Shown: positions 35,924 through 47,519, counted from the first letter of the stretch. The stretch is 64,000 nucleotides of DNA from an uncultured Chthonomonadaceae bacterium (GCA_963835065.1 CAWIEK010000053.1:416001-480000), one strand, 5' to 3'. Made by a program: numbers and translations. Notes: generated from the sequence alone by a model not told the origin.

Positions 35924-37284
35924 GGGTCCGTAAAAGTATAAGTTCCCGAATGGGGTAAACTCAGAGGTATGAATACTCCTCTTCCCGAACCTATCCCGCC
36001 GCTACATCGGTGTTCCTGCGCGGCTTGCAGCACCCAAGCCGAGACACCCCTCGCGCACTATCATCAGCAGATCAACCTGCTGCTCAGTCGGCTCAATGAA
36101 CCGCAACGCCGCTGGTATGTCGGTTCGCTGTCCCTCGCGCCCAACGCGCCTACCGATGGCGAACTCGCCCTTATTACCGGCTTGGACGAGAAAACCATCC
36201 GCCGCGGCAGGCGCGAACTGCAAGCCGACCTGACCACAGTTCCCGCCGACCGTCTGCGTCACGAAGGGGGCGGGCAACCTGCCGCTGAAAAAAAGACGCG
36301 ACCTTAGAAGCCGATCTCGTGGCAGCCGTCGAACCGCATACGGCGGGCGATCCGATGAACGCCACCAAGTGGCTCAACGTGCGCTTACGGGACTTGCAAG
36401 CGCACTTGCAGGAGAAAGCCCACACCGTCAGCCTGACGACCTTGAGCCGCTTGCTCAAAAAACGCGACTATCGCCTGCGCGCCAATGTCAAGGAGCGCGA
36501 AGCCAGCAACCCGCCCGAACGCGACACGCAGTTTGTCTACTTGCAGGGCCAGCGCGAAGCGTTTGTGGCGGCAGGCCAGCCTGTTTTGTCTCTGGACACC
36601 AAGAAGAAGGAACTGCTCGGCGACTTCAAGAATGGGGGACGCATCTGGTGTCAAGAAGCCGAAGTCGTCAATGTGCATGACTTTCCCTCTGCGGGTGTCG
36701 GACGGGCGGTTCCTTATGGCGTCTATGACCTGGCTCACAATCTCGCCACCGTGTACGTGGGGCAGTCTGCCGACACGGGAGAGTTCGCCGTAGACAATCT
36801 GGCACACTGGTGCGCCACCGAACTGCCCGCGCGCTACCCGAAGGCTACGTCCTTGCTGCTGCACAGCGACTGTGGCGGCAGCAACGGCAACCGCTGCAAG
36901 TTGTGGAAGCAACAGTTGCAGGACAAGATTGCCGACCGTTTCGGCCTGGACGTGACCGTGTGCCATCTGCCGACCGGTTGCTCGAAGTGGAACCCGATTG
37001 AACACCGCGTCTTCAGCGAGATCAGCAAGACGTGGGCCGGGTGTCCGTTGCGCGATTATGACACCGTGCTGGACTACTTGCGCCAGACAACAACGGCAAC
37101 GGGCCTCAAAGTCACGGCGCATCTGGTGACGCAGGTGTACCAAAAAGGCATCCAGATAGCCGACGATGTGATGAAGGCACTGAACCTGACGGCGCATGAA
37201 GTGTGTCCGCAATGGAACTACACCTTGCGTCCAAGACAAACCGTTATGCCCGCTTGATTCGGGAACTTATACTTTTACAGACCC
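35924..37284 (+). mobile_element. ISAzo13-family insertion sequence
   Basis: ~28-bp TIR GGGTCYGTAAAAGTATAAGTTCCCGAAT, TTA duplication; transposase ORFs 35969-36307 and 36319-37257 (SLDTKKKELLG, DCGGSN, SKWNPIEHR). Confidence 0.92.
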
Positions 37285-37827
37285 TTAGTGTTGAAACGCA
37301 TTTATGATGCTTGCTGGGGTGTCTTCCCGGTTAGCAACGTAAACTTCGTCATAGATTTTGATGGAACTTCCACTAAGGAATTCAAACGACATTTCACCTT
37401 CTTCCACAAAGGCTACGACACCATAACCGGTGATTTGTTTGCAGCCGTTACTTTCGCGCATTGTCAAGATGCGGTCAGCAACGCGAAAATTATTCTTTTT
37501 ACCTCGATTAGTGAAGTAAAGTCCTCCGCGTAACCCCATAACTATCATTTTATCGGGTGTCATTCTTGCGAGATGTTCGGTAATGTTCTGCGTCTGAGGC
37601 TCATTCACCTGCCGCAGTTCATCAATGCGCGCACGCAACTTTGATAATTGCAGTTCCAAGCGCGTAATTTGCTTTGTATCTAAGGCTTTGACACGTTCCA
37701 ACTTTTTCTGGCTGCCAACTTGTACGGTAGTTCCTATGCTTCCTTGTCCCGCATGTGTAGGCAGAGTCAAAGTCCAGAAACAAACCGATAGGAAACAGAT
37801 GCACGTATATTGTTTTTGCTTCGTCAT
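37285..37827 (-). CDS. Secreted putative immunity protein (paralog of 44871-45413)
   Basis: Signal peptide, coiled coil, NRGKKN motif. Confidence 0.65.
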   Translation of the reverse strand: MTKQKQYTCICFLSVCFWTLTLPTHAGQGSIGTTVQVGSQKKLERVKALDTKQITRLELQLSKLRARIDELRQVNEPQTQNITEHLARMTPDKMIVMGLRGGLYFTNRGKKNNFRVADRILTMRESNGCKQITGYGVVAFVEEGEMSFEFLSGSSIKIYDEVYVANREDTPASIINAFQH

Positions 37828-38204
37828 GCCTAACTCCAAACTCAATTTGATACCCGTCAGGTGTCTACTTCAAAATGCTATCCCATCAAATATACGTAGA
37901 TTTGACGCTTCTGACAGAATTGTTACCCATTCTGGAGTTGATCGTCTGCTAAAGACTTCGTAAGAGCCCACTGGATACTCAACAAACATGCAGGGGTCGT
38001 CAGGCTCTCGTAAATGTGTGTCCATTTTAGCCGTTACATATTTACCTGATCCAGTCTGAAAGCAGTCAGAAAAGGCTGAAAAGCAGACTCATGACTGATA
38101 TCAAATTGAGTTCCAATTACATCAAGACAGAATTAGCTTTGTTGAAAAATCAACAGCAGTATCTCGTAGAGGATTAAGAGAATCCATTACGTTCAAACAA
38201 GTTT

Positions 38205-39690
38205 CTACTTGGGAAATGTTCTCTTCATACCTCCATCCGTTGGTGTCAGGATGTGTGGGCGCGAATCTTTCATCGGAATCCATTTTCCATTTTCGTCTTT
38301 TATAGCCCACCACTGATGTTGATTATCTGCCGATCCTCCCTTCGATGGCTTGACTCCGCCATGGTAGTCTGAGAAGGGTGGCGAAGACCATGGGGGCGCA
38401 CCTGGGACTGGTTGTTGGGTAGAGTTATCCCACGGCTTCATTATGTCCCAAGTGCGATCTTTGGGAATTTTCCCGTTTTTACTGTCAGATTGTTTGGTGA
38501 CAATTTCCCCTATGCCAAGGATTTCCCCAGGATAGGGATCTCCATGTTGATCTACGATAATCATAGGCCACTCAGTCCAAAAAGTGTTGGGGGTCGGATA
38601 GATGGTGACAGGAGGCTTCTTAGGGTCAGCAACCGCTTTCCATGGGTATGATGGCTCGCCTTTCTTGACGCCTTTTTTAGGAGGAACAATGCTTCCGTCC
38701 AAACCTTCAGCATCCGTTTCGTCTAGCGGATTGTTGTCACAGTAGGCGTACCAGTTGGTTCCAGCTTGAATGGGATCACAAGAGAGGAACCTGCCAATGG
38801 AGGGATCGTAGTACCTATGGCCCAACAACTGGAGGCTACTATCCGCGTCCGTCTGGTACTGCTTGCTGCCGACAAAGCCGAAGGGCGTGGGCGTGGTTCC
38901 GGTTCTACTGAGCGTGTTGCCGAACGCATCGTACAACATGCTGTCGGTAACTGTCTGCGTGCTGTCGGTGATGCCGCGTGTGCTGCCAAGCGCATCGGCA
39001 TGAAGGAACTTGCTCGCGCTGCCTCTTCTTTCCGACAAGCCGGGCGTGTAGACTGCCGCGCCATCCTTCAACACAGGGCTTGCCGGACTGCTGCCGTCGC
39101 AGACATAGTTCTTCGTGCCGCTGCTGTCTACCTTCTGCACTCGCAAGTCTTCGCCGTTGTAGGCAAAGCTGTTGGTTGCGCTGCCGGGGTACGTGATGCC
39201 TGTGACACGGTTCTCCACATCGTAAGTGAGGCTGGTGACGCTGCTGCCAACCGTAACGGACGTGCAGTTGCCGTTGCTGTCATAACCATACGTCTTGTTC
39301 GTCCCTCCACTAATGCCCGTCAGCTTGTCATGGGCATCGTAGCTGTACGTGTCCGTGACGCTGTTGAGAACTCTGGTATGGCGGTTGTGGTTGTGATCGT
39401 AAGTGAAGGCAAGCGTATAGCCTAAGCCATGTCCGTTGCCTCGGCTTTCTCCGGTGAGTTGATCGGCATTGTCATAGCCGAACGTGGTCACATCGCCATT
39501 GGTGTCCGTGCGGCTGGTCACATTGGAAGCGTTGTCATAGCCGTAGCTGAAGTGGGCTAAGACGTTGGCGCTGCTGTCCTTGTGCCAGACATCGGTGGTG
39601 CGGTTGGCGCTGTCGTAGCTGAACGTGGCTATGCTGCTGTTGGCGTTAGTCTGCGTGGTCAGCCGGTTCGCCGCATCGTAGCTCAGGTTC
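38205..39690 (-). CDS. Orphan Rhs cassette 6 (core + unknown tip)
   Basis: RYYDPSIGRFLS, DAEGL then tip; no native start. Confidence 0.85.
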
Positions 39691-39873
39691 GCCAACACAA
39701 TTCTTTCCCATTTCGAGCAGTTGCGCGCATATCCCGCCGCGTTCCGCGAACGCCTGTACCTGGTGCATTGCGACGACGACATCCGCGAAAAGCGGGAACA
39801 AGCGGACTGGCAGCAGCAGCGTGCCGTCTCGTCCATGCGCCTAGTTTTCCCCCACGAACCGATTTCCTTTTAA
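39691..39873 (+). pseudogene. Captured 3' fragment of a probable MBL-fold hydrolase gene
   Basis: Translates ..SHFEQLRAYPAAFRERLYLVHCDDD..ISF*, GC-rich, opposite strand to the island. Confidence 0.45.
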
Positions 39874-39941
39874 CGCAAGCGAGTTGTACGCCACTGGCAG
39901 TAACATACCCGCTGGCTTGAAGGAATGGGGTAGGTCAATGT

Positions 39942-41015
39942 TCAGTTATGCTGAATATCTGTGGCAGAAGTGGAGTATGGCTCGAACAACAGTCTTCGAT
40001 GTGGGTAATCTATTGTAGTGCGAAGATACTTGTAAATCTTCCCTCCGTATGAACCATCGTACGGGGCTGAGGGATCCGCCGAGAGGCAAGCAAGCGAACG
40101 AATACGCAAACCCGCAAATGCAAAGGTGACATGCGGCACACAATCTACTTTCTCTTTAGGGGAACCGGTAATGCCCCGCCCGATGGTTCCTCGGAGGCGT
40201 TTTTTGTTGCGCAAGTATTTTTTGCCGAATGCAGGCTTCAGGCAAATGGTAGGATTGCCCGTGTCAAACAGGCAGTGTGCAGGCCGTCCTTCAATAGTCA
40301 GCGCAAATACAGGAAGGCCAGCACTAAATGCGTTGACATCGCGCCATACGAAATCGGAGACAAAGTGGCTCTTGTCGGGAGTGATAGAGCGCGTGCTGTA
40401 GTGTGGTGAGCGCAGGATCAACTGCTTTTGCTGCCAATCTCTGGTAAGTACCACCTCTTGAAACGCGAGTGTGCCAAGTATCATGACGTTGGAGGGTTCA
40501 TTTGTACGGCCAGACGACTTCTCTTTGAGTTCATAATCGCCAATCTGTATCGTTGGCAGCCGTACTTCCCTCCCCCGGTGTATACTGCCATCCGCCCACG
40601 AATAGGTGACGCCTTTGGTAATCTGCTTGCCTTTTAGACCGAGTGATTTGGGCCAAGTGATCCCATTGGTGCCGGTATCTACCATGCAGTCCACTTGCTT
40701 GCCTGAAACCCTTGCCTTGACAAAGATGCAATCCTCGCGCACAAAGAATGGAACCCGTACTTCGTTGTCCGGCAGAGAGGAATGGAGAACAGCGCCCCTT
40801 CTGGAAAATATACTGTTGTTCTTACCAACAACAGCAGGGGAGGGAGATACAGCAGTAGGCAGGTCACTTTGGCAGCAATCTTCGTTTGGGTGTTTCGTAA
40901 TCTGAGCAAAACACGAGTGGTTTTGACTGAGAACGATGCAAAAGAAGGCGCTTACACAGCCAAATGCCCACGCTATGATGTTACGCTTGTGCAAGCAAGA
41001 GTGAAGTAAGTGCAA
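39942..41015 (-). CDS. Two-domain retropepsin-like aspartyl protease with N-terminal hydrophobic segment
   Basis: CMVDTGT and CLFDTGN motifs, ILG, IDYPHRRL; AAGGAG + TTG start. Confidence 0.8.
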   Translation of the reverse strand: MHLLHSCLHKRNIIAWAFGCVSAFFCIVLSQNHSCFAQITKHPNEDCCQSDLPTAVSPSPAVVGKNNSIFSRRGAVLHSSLPDNEVRVPFFVREDCIFVKARVSGKQVDCMVDTGTNGITWPKSLGLKGKQITKGVTYSWADGSIHRGREVRLPTIQIGDYELKEKSSGRTNEPSNVMILGTLAFQEVVLTRDWQQKQLILRSPHYSTRSITPDKSHFVSDFVWRDVNAFSAGLPVFALTIEGRPAHCLFDTGNPTICLKPAFGKKYLRNKKRLRGTIGRGITGSPKEKVDCVPHVTFAFAGLRIRSLACLSADPSAPYDGSYGGKIYKYLRTTIDYPHRRLLFEPYSTSATDIQHN

Positions 41016-41176
41016 GTTGAAGTCTCCTTGAGCAAGCTTGGGAAGAAGTACAAACAATCTTCCTCCCAAACTTGTTGAGGGAAACACATTCGATGCTGTG
41101 TTTCGTTTACACGTCGGTTGTCGAGTGGCTTTAGCATTTGTATCTTTGTCAGAAAAGACTAAGGATACTCCTTCCG

Positions 41177-42236
41177 CTACCACTGGTGTCCAAAGATGTC
41201 GTTGATGATTTCGTTAAACCAGTTAGACTTTCCCCCTGCCTCAGGAGACGGAAGAGGCAGAACTGAGCCTCTTTGTCTCGGCGGCGTAATTGGTCCGGGC
41301 AGTACTCCGGGGCTAAGGTCCCCTGCTCTTGGAGGTGTGCCTTGTCTCGGCGGAGTGCCTTGTCTTGGCGGAGTGCCTTGTCTTGGCGGAGTGCCTTTCT
41401 GCGGTGGGGTTCCTTTCTGCGGTGGTCCAATGTTCACATTACCACCAGCTTTGAGGTCTATGTCTGCGTCTCCAGGCAATGAAGGGAGGTTGATATCGTG
41501 TCCACTTGTGATGCGGATGTGACGGCGCGGTGGGCGTGGGCCACCTAAATTACCTCCACTACCTGAGCCACGTCCGCCACGTCCTTTCTTTCGTTTCGGC
41601 GCGAGACCTAGAGGATCTATATCCGTGAGTGGGTTGTTATCACAGTAAGCGTACCAATTGTCACCGTCCTGGATGGGGTCTTGACTGAGGAACCTGCCGA
41701 TGGAAGGGTCGTAGTAGCGGTGTCCAAGCAACTGCAAGCCACTGTCGCTGTCGCTCTGGTACTGCTCACTGCCGACAAAGCCGAACGGAGTTGGGGTTGT
41801 GCCTGTTCTACTGAGCGTGTTGCCGAACGCATCGTACAACATACTGTCGGTAACGGCCTGAGCTGCTGTCGGTGATGCCTCTGGTGCTGCCAAGCGCATC
41901 GGCATGAAGGAACTTGCTCGCGCTTCCCCTTCGTTCCGACAGGCCAGCCGTGTACACTGCCGCTCCGTCCTTCAAGACTGCGCTTGCGGGAGTGTCGCCA
42001 TCACAAACGTAGTTCTTGGTTCCGCTGCTGTCTACCTTCTGTGTCCGCAAGTCTTCGCCGTTGTAGGCAAAGCTGTTGGTGGCAGAACCTGGGTAGGTGA
42101 TGCCCACAACCCGGTTCTCCACATCGTAAGTGAGGCTGGTGACGCTGCTACCAACGGTCACGGACGTGCAGTTGCCGTTGCTGTCGTAGCCATAGGTCTT
42201 GTTCGTCCCTCCACTTATGCCCGTCAGCTTGTCATG
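41177..42236 (-). CDS. Orphan Rhs cassette 5 with Arg/Gly/Pro-rich tip (GTPP[RQ][QK] repeats); frameshift near 41870
   Basis: Rhs core, DPLGL, 18-nt tandem repeats at 41330-41425. Confidence 0.82.
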
Positions 42237-43584
42237 GAACGGGGTTGCTGCTGGCCTTCCCTGTGGAACCTTCTGCCTTCAGCGGCGCGTTAAAGAGGAC
42301 TATTGCCCCGGCGGGATATGTTTCTGCGTGACCGACTGCTACCCGAATAGGTTCTCCTTTTCCCGGCAGGTAGATAAAACCACCATACGGGAAGAACAAA
42401 CTATCGCCGGGCTGATAGTGCAGATGCAAATTCCCTGCTTTTAGCTGCAATCCTCGCGTATTGGGATAAATCAGCCAACCCATCTCTTGCGTCCAGAAGG
42501 AGGAATACCCCACCGGCAGGACCGGCGGGGGAATCGGCGCAGGTTGTAAGGGCATCGTCGAGGACACGCCCGACGGCTTGGCGAAGTGGATGTTGACAAC
42601 AAAGCCGCCTCCTGAGGGATAGAGACCCCCCTCGCCCGCATACACTCGGATCAGACGCGCAGGAGTGCCCGGCATATCCATCCAGCCTCCTTCGGGGAAT
42701 ACAACCAGGTCCCCGGAGGAGTACGTTGCCAGGGGGATCGGCGGAGCAAGCATTTCCGAAGTCTGCGCGTGAGACGCGGAACCAAGTTGGCGAAAGTAGT
42801 CGGGCGTAAGGCTGCTGTCAAGGGCATGGTAGAACGCCAGCAGCATCGCCACTTTTTTGTGCAAGATAGGGTTCTGATCTACTGCCTGCCAGAAATGTTG
42901 ATCTCCACAGAAGAGCAGTTCACACAGGGAAGCCACATCTTCATCATAATCGGCAACCGCATAATCATTGGCAAATCCCTGCTTCCAGTACACGGAAGCA
43001 TCACTCCGCAGGAACTGTCCCTTCTTGATTGCTGTCATCCCTCCCTTGCCATAATGAAACCCCGGCGGGTTAAGCGCCAGCCATTGTTTGTGTGAGAACT
43101 TGTCGGCATGATTGGCAAACAGAACATGGGCGAACTCGTGATGCAGTTCCCTTTCAAAGTAAGCGTCTAAATAGGCTTCGCTGTACTCGGTTCTATCTCC
43201 CTGATAGCGAAGGTATATCCACTTTGTTTCTTCATTTCCAACACCGCCAATATCGGTATTGTAGTAGGAGAGTTGTTGAACAACGTAAATGCGTTTGAGG
43301 TTCTTGTGCAGCAGACCAACCGGGTACTTGGCGAGACCGGGGAGCAGAATGCTTAATGCCTTCTCGACATTGGAAACGTCCAGAGGAGCCACTTTCACGG
43401 AAACAGGAGGCGGGTACCAGTCGGCAGGAAACATGGTTTTATCCACGTCACAGGCGATTTCCACTCCTGTTCGGGCATCCCGATAGCGATTACTCTGTTG
43501 AGCAGCCCCGGCTTGCGGCGTGAAGGACAGGATCACTAACCAGCCGAGCAGCAAAAGGAAAAGATTGTGGTGACAGATTTTCAT
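42232..43584 (-). CDS. Secreted putative zinc metallopeptidase
   Basis: Signal peptide; HHEFAH plus downstream EDVA. Confidence 0.7.
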   Translation of the reverse strand: MKICHHNLFLLLLGWLVILSFTPQAGAAQQSNRYRDARTGVEIACDVDKTMFPADWYPPPVSVKVAPLDVSNVEKALSILLPGLAKYPVGLLHKNLKRIYVVQQLSYYNTDIGGVGNEETKWIYLRYQGDRTEYSEAYLDAYFERELHHEFAHVLFANHADKFSHKQWLALNPPGFHYGKGGMTAIKKGQFLRSDASVYWKQGFANDYAVADYDEDVASLCELLFCGDQHFWQAVDQNPILHKKVAMLLAFYHALDSSLTPDYFRQLGSASHAQTSEMLAPPIPLATYSSGDLVVFPEGGWMDMPGTPARLIRVYAGEGGLYPSGGGFVVNIHFAKPSGVSSTMPLQPAPIPPPVLPVGYSSFWTQEMGWLIYPNTRGLQLKAGNLHLHYQPGDSLFFPYGGFIYLPGKGEPIRVAVGHAETYPAGAIVLFNAPLKAEGSTGKASSNPVP

Positions 43585-43771
43585 GCGTCTGTGTTCCTTG
43601 ATCGTTGATCGTTCCAGAGGTATTGGCTTGCTCATGTTCGGAAATGATGGTAGCCCGAGCTCCTAACAGGAATGGGGCTGCCATGATTGCTGGCAAAGAG
43701 AAACGTAGAACAACGCCTCTTCGCCAGCATCATTCCTCATCAACCCTTCGGGATCTACGACGGAGGTAATG

Positions 43772-44865
43772 TCAACGATTCACATTTCCTTCTCCTGCTC
43801 CCGCCTCATCTGCCGGTGGGTTAGGTTCTGCCGAGACAGGAGGTATGGGCACGGGACCGTCAGGAGGGGGAGTGCCCGTCGTCGGCAGTCCGGGATAATC
43901 ACTGCCTCCGGGACTGCCTATGGAAGGTCTAGGCACAACTGGCTTAAGTGAAGGCGGATGTTTTAGTGGGGGATACCGGGGCTCCATCACTGGCGGGGCT
44001 GGCCGGGCCTTTACAGGTGGCAGTGTAGGCAGCTGTGGATGCCCCACGGGCGATGGATTGCGTACAATCGGCTTCCGTGGTGGTTGTCGTTTACCCTGCA
44101 AACCTTCCGCATCAATATCCACGAGCGGGTTGTTATCGCAGTAGGCGTACCAGTTGGTTCCGGCCTTAGCGGGATCCGAGGAGAGGAACCTGCCAATGGA
44201 AGGGTCGTAGTAGCGGTGTCCGAGCAGTTGCAGGCTGGAGTCACTGTCGCTCTGGTACTGAGACTTGCCGACAAAGCCGAACGGAGTTGGGGTTGTGCCT
44301 GTCCTGCTCAGCGTGTTGCCGAACGCATCGTAGAGGATGCTGTCGGTGACTGTCTGCGTACTGTCAGTAATGCCTCTGGTGCTGCCAAGCGCGTCGGCAT
44401 GAAGGAACTTGCTCGTACTTCCCCTTCGTTCGCTCAGGCCGGGCGTGTAGACGGCGCTTCCGTCTTTGAGAACCGCGCTTGCCGGACTGCTCCCGTCGCA
44501 AACGTAGTTCTTCGTGCCGCTGCTGTCTACCTTCTGTACGCGCAAGTCTTCGCCGTTGTAGCGGAACGTGTTGACTGCGCTGCCGGGGTACGTGATGGAG
44601 GTGACGCGGTTCTCCACATCGTAGCTCAGGCTGGTGACGCTGCTGCCTACCGTAACGGACGTGCAGTTGCCGTTGCTGTCGTAGCCATACGTCTTGTTCG
44701 TGCCTCCTGTGATGCCCGTCAGCTTGTCATGGGCATCATAGGAGTACGTGTCCGTGACGCCATTCAGCGCTTTGCTCTTGCGGTTGTGGTTGTGGTCGTA
44801 AGTGAAGGCAAGCGTGTAGCCTAAGCCATTCCCGTTGCTTCGGCTTTCTCCCGTGAGTTGGTCGG
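43772..44865 (-). CDS. Orphan Rhs cassette 4 with proline-rich tip
   Basis: Rhs core, DAEGL then ~108-aa Pro-rich sequence. Confidence 0.85.
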
Positions 44866-44870
44866 TCCAA

Positions 44871-45413
44871 CTATTTGGAAACGATATTGGAGAGGCTATT
44901 TTGGGCATCGTCACGATTACAGATGTACACCTCATCTCCTGGAGCATACCCGAAGTTTACTCCTACAGCATTCAGTTCGTCGTCTACTACTTCATACACC
45001 ATTCCTTGCCCTTTGAAGTATAAACCGGTCTCCGTTCTGTGAAACACAACCAGGTGATCTCCTCGACGTATACCATTCTTCTTGCCGCGATTAACGCCAA
45101 AGAAGTCGCCGGTAATGAAGTTTACCTTTGCCGCTTTAGCAGGATAGATGTAAGCGGGCTTAGGAGATGGCAATAGATCACTTTGCATCTTCATCAGTTG
45201 GAACTGCTGTTCGGCTAATTCTTGCTCAAGATGCTGAACTCTCTGTTTAAGATTTGTAACACGAAGCGTCAGTTGCAGTTGTTCTGTGCCACTATTTACT
45301 GGAGCCGTGGAATGGCCGTTAGACTGGGGATCAGATGTGGCACAATTGCCGACTAGCACACAAGCTACTACAAAGACGAGTTTTGCTAAGAAATTGTTGC
45401 TAACGAGGTTCAT
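44871..45413 (-). CDS. Putative lipoprotein immunity protein (paralog of 37285-37827)
   Basis: LVGNC lipobox-like motif, coiled coil, NRGKKN; GAGGAG RBS. Confidence 0.65.
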   Translation of the reverse strand: MNLVSNNFLAKLVFVVACVLVGNCATSDPQSNGHSTAPVNSGTEQLQLTLRVTNLKQRVQHLEQELAEQQFQLMKMQSDLLPSPKPAYIYPAKAAKVNFITGDFFGVNRGKKNGIRRGDHLVVFHRTETGLYFKGQGMVYEVVDDELNAVGVNFGYAPGDEVYICNRDDAQNSLSNIVSK

Positions 45414-45524
45414 GAGATTGTCTCCTCAAGTTCAGAGTTGGATAAACAGACGGGGATAGTTCCAAGAAGGAGATGTTCCCTATTGTATAATGGGGAACAT
45501 CTCACTGCCACAGGAACTCAGAAC

Positions 45525-46998
45525 TCAGAACCCTTTTGGAAGCGTACGCTCAACGCCTCCATATTCATCGTTTGTGTGAAGACGATGAGGGCGATTGTCT
45601 TTTGGATAAATGTATTTTGATTTACCCGGGTTCTTCGGATCAGGAACTTGGAAGCGAAACCGTTGGTGGCGATCCCGTATGGGACGGCCAGGCTCTACTG
45701 GATGCACAGGGTGCGCCGGGTCAATTACATCAACGTTATCTTCCGTGTGCGAAGAGTTGACGGGTTTATCAGGAGTGCCATCGGGACGCGCATGGTAAGG
45801 ATGTCCAAGCGGGTCTATGGACCACATATCCCGCCAGTATGGGGGAGCATCGCCCAGGCCAATACCTTCCTGCCACTGTTGAATGGGGCCACCATATTCA
45901 TCCCCATATTGATTTACAATAACTAGGCCGTGAACCTCCACCCAGGTACCGTCAGGATTAAGAATGCAGCGATCAGGGTCGTTAGGGTTTGATACTACCT
46001 TCCAGGGATATTGATCGCCTTTTGCTCCTTTCATCGGCGGACAGATGGTACCTTCTTCTCCGGTCGGGTCAATTTCTCGCAAGGGATTGTTGTCGCAGTA
46101 GGCGTACCAGTTGGTTCCGGCCTTTGCCGGATCAGAGGAGAGAAACCTGCCAATGGAGGGATCGTAGTACCTATGGCCCAACAACTGGAGGCTACTATCC
46201 GCGTCCGTCTGGTACTGCTTGCTGCCGACAAAGCCGAACGGCGTGGGCGTGGTTCCGGTTCTACTGAGCGTGTTGCCGAACGCATCGTACAACATGCTGT
46301 CGGTAACGGTCTGCGTGCTGTCGGTGATGCCGCGTGTGGTACCAAGCGCATCGGCATGAAGGAACTTGCTCGCGCTGCCTCTTCTTTCCGACAAGCCGGG
46401 CGTGTAGACTGCCGCGCCATCTTTCAAACAGCGCTTGCCGGACTGCTGCCGTCGCAGACATAGTTCTTCGTGCCGCTGCTGTCTACCTTCTGCGTCCGCA
46501 AGTCTTCGCCGTTGTAGGCAAAGCTGTTGGTGGCAGAACTTGGGTACGTTATGCCCACAACGCGGTTCTCAACGTCGTAAGTGAGGCTGGTGACGCTGCT
46601 GCCAACGGTAACGGACGTGCAGTTGCCGTTGCTGTCGTAGCCGTAGCTCTTGTTCGTGCCTCCGCTAATGCCCGTCAACTTGTCATGGGCATCGTAGCTG
46701 TACGTGTCCGTGACGCTGTTGAGAACTCTGGTATGACGGTTGTGGTTGTGGTCATACGTGAAGGCAAGCGTGTAGCCCAAGCCATGTCCGTTGCCCCGGC
46801 TTTCTCCGGTGAGTTGGTCGGCATTGTCATAGCCGAAACTCGTCACATCGCCGTTGGTGTCCGTGCGTGTACTGACGTTGCTGGCGTAATCATACGTGTA
46901 GCCGTAGTGCGCCAGAACCGTTGCGCTACTGTCCTTGTGCCACACGTCGGTGGTTCAATTAGCGTTGTCGTAAGCGAACGTGCTGACGCTGTTGTTGA
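45525..46998 (-). CDS. Orphan Rhs cassette 3 (tip homologous to cassette 6); frameshift near 46428
   Basis: Rhs core, DPTGE, YPWKVV...RPHRL...GGVERTLPK. Confidence 0.82.
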
Positions 46999-47013
46999 CA
47001 TATTGCTAGATTC

Positions 47014-47514
47014 TTAGCGCTTTGCGTACAATCTAGTCAAGAACATATCCAAGCCGCTGGGATCAATTTGGTACTCGCGCTTGCCTTGTTTCACATGACC
47101 GTCTTGATCCACTAATAACGTTGGCTGATGTGGTTGTTCAACAATCAAGCGTGTCACAAGTTTGCTAAATCCTTCATCTTGACGTTTTGATCTCAAGTGC
47201 GATTGATGATGCTTGTCACTACGTAAGTGTGACTGCATATCGTATGTGCCTGGCTGAAGTAAGCTAAACAGCTTGCGTGTATCGGTTTTGTTTGTGATAA
47301 CCATTTTACGCCTGAAAACGTGCAAGCGTTCAGGCGTCACGGGTTGGTATGTGTCTAAACCAAAATCGCAGTAATAAACAGTTATTGCGATTTTATTATT
47401 TGAGCTTGTATTTTTGAGCGGCGTGATTGCCCGTGTAGGTATTGCGTACTCTGCAATGGGCATCTGTCTCATGCTACTTTGCAGCAAGAGAACAAGGATG
47501 TAGATCATCATCAT
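47014..47514 (-). CDS. Putative secreted immunity protein
   Basis: Hydrophobic N-terminus, low GC, GAGGGG RBS, follows a cassette. Confidence 0.55.
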   Translation of the reverse strand: MMMIYILVLLLQSSMRQMPIAEYAIPTRAITPLKNTSSNNKIAITVYYCDFGLDTYQPVTPERLHVFRRKMVITNKTDTRKLFSLLQPGTYDMQSHLRSDKHHQSHLRSKRQDEGFSKLVTRLIVEQPHQPTLLVDQDGHVKQGKREYQIDPSGLDMFLTRLYAKR

Positions 47515-47519
47515 AGTTT

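Noticed and set aside
41330..41425. CRISPR array
   Set aside because: These are 18-nt in-frame coding repeats without spacers; no CRISPR array or cas gene is seen in the window.
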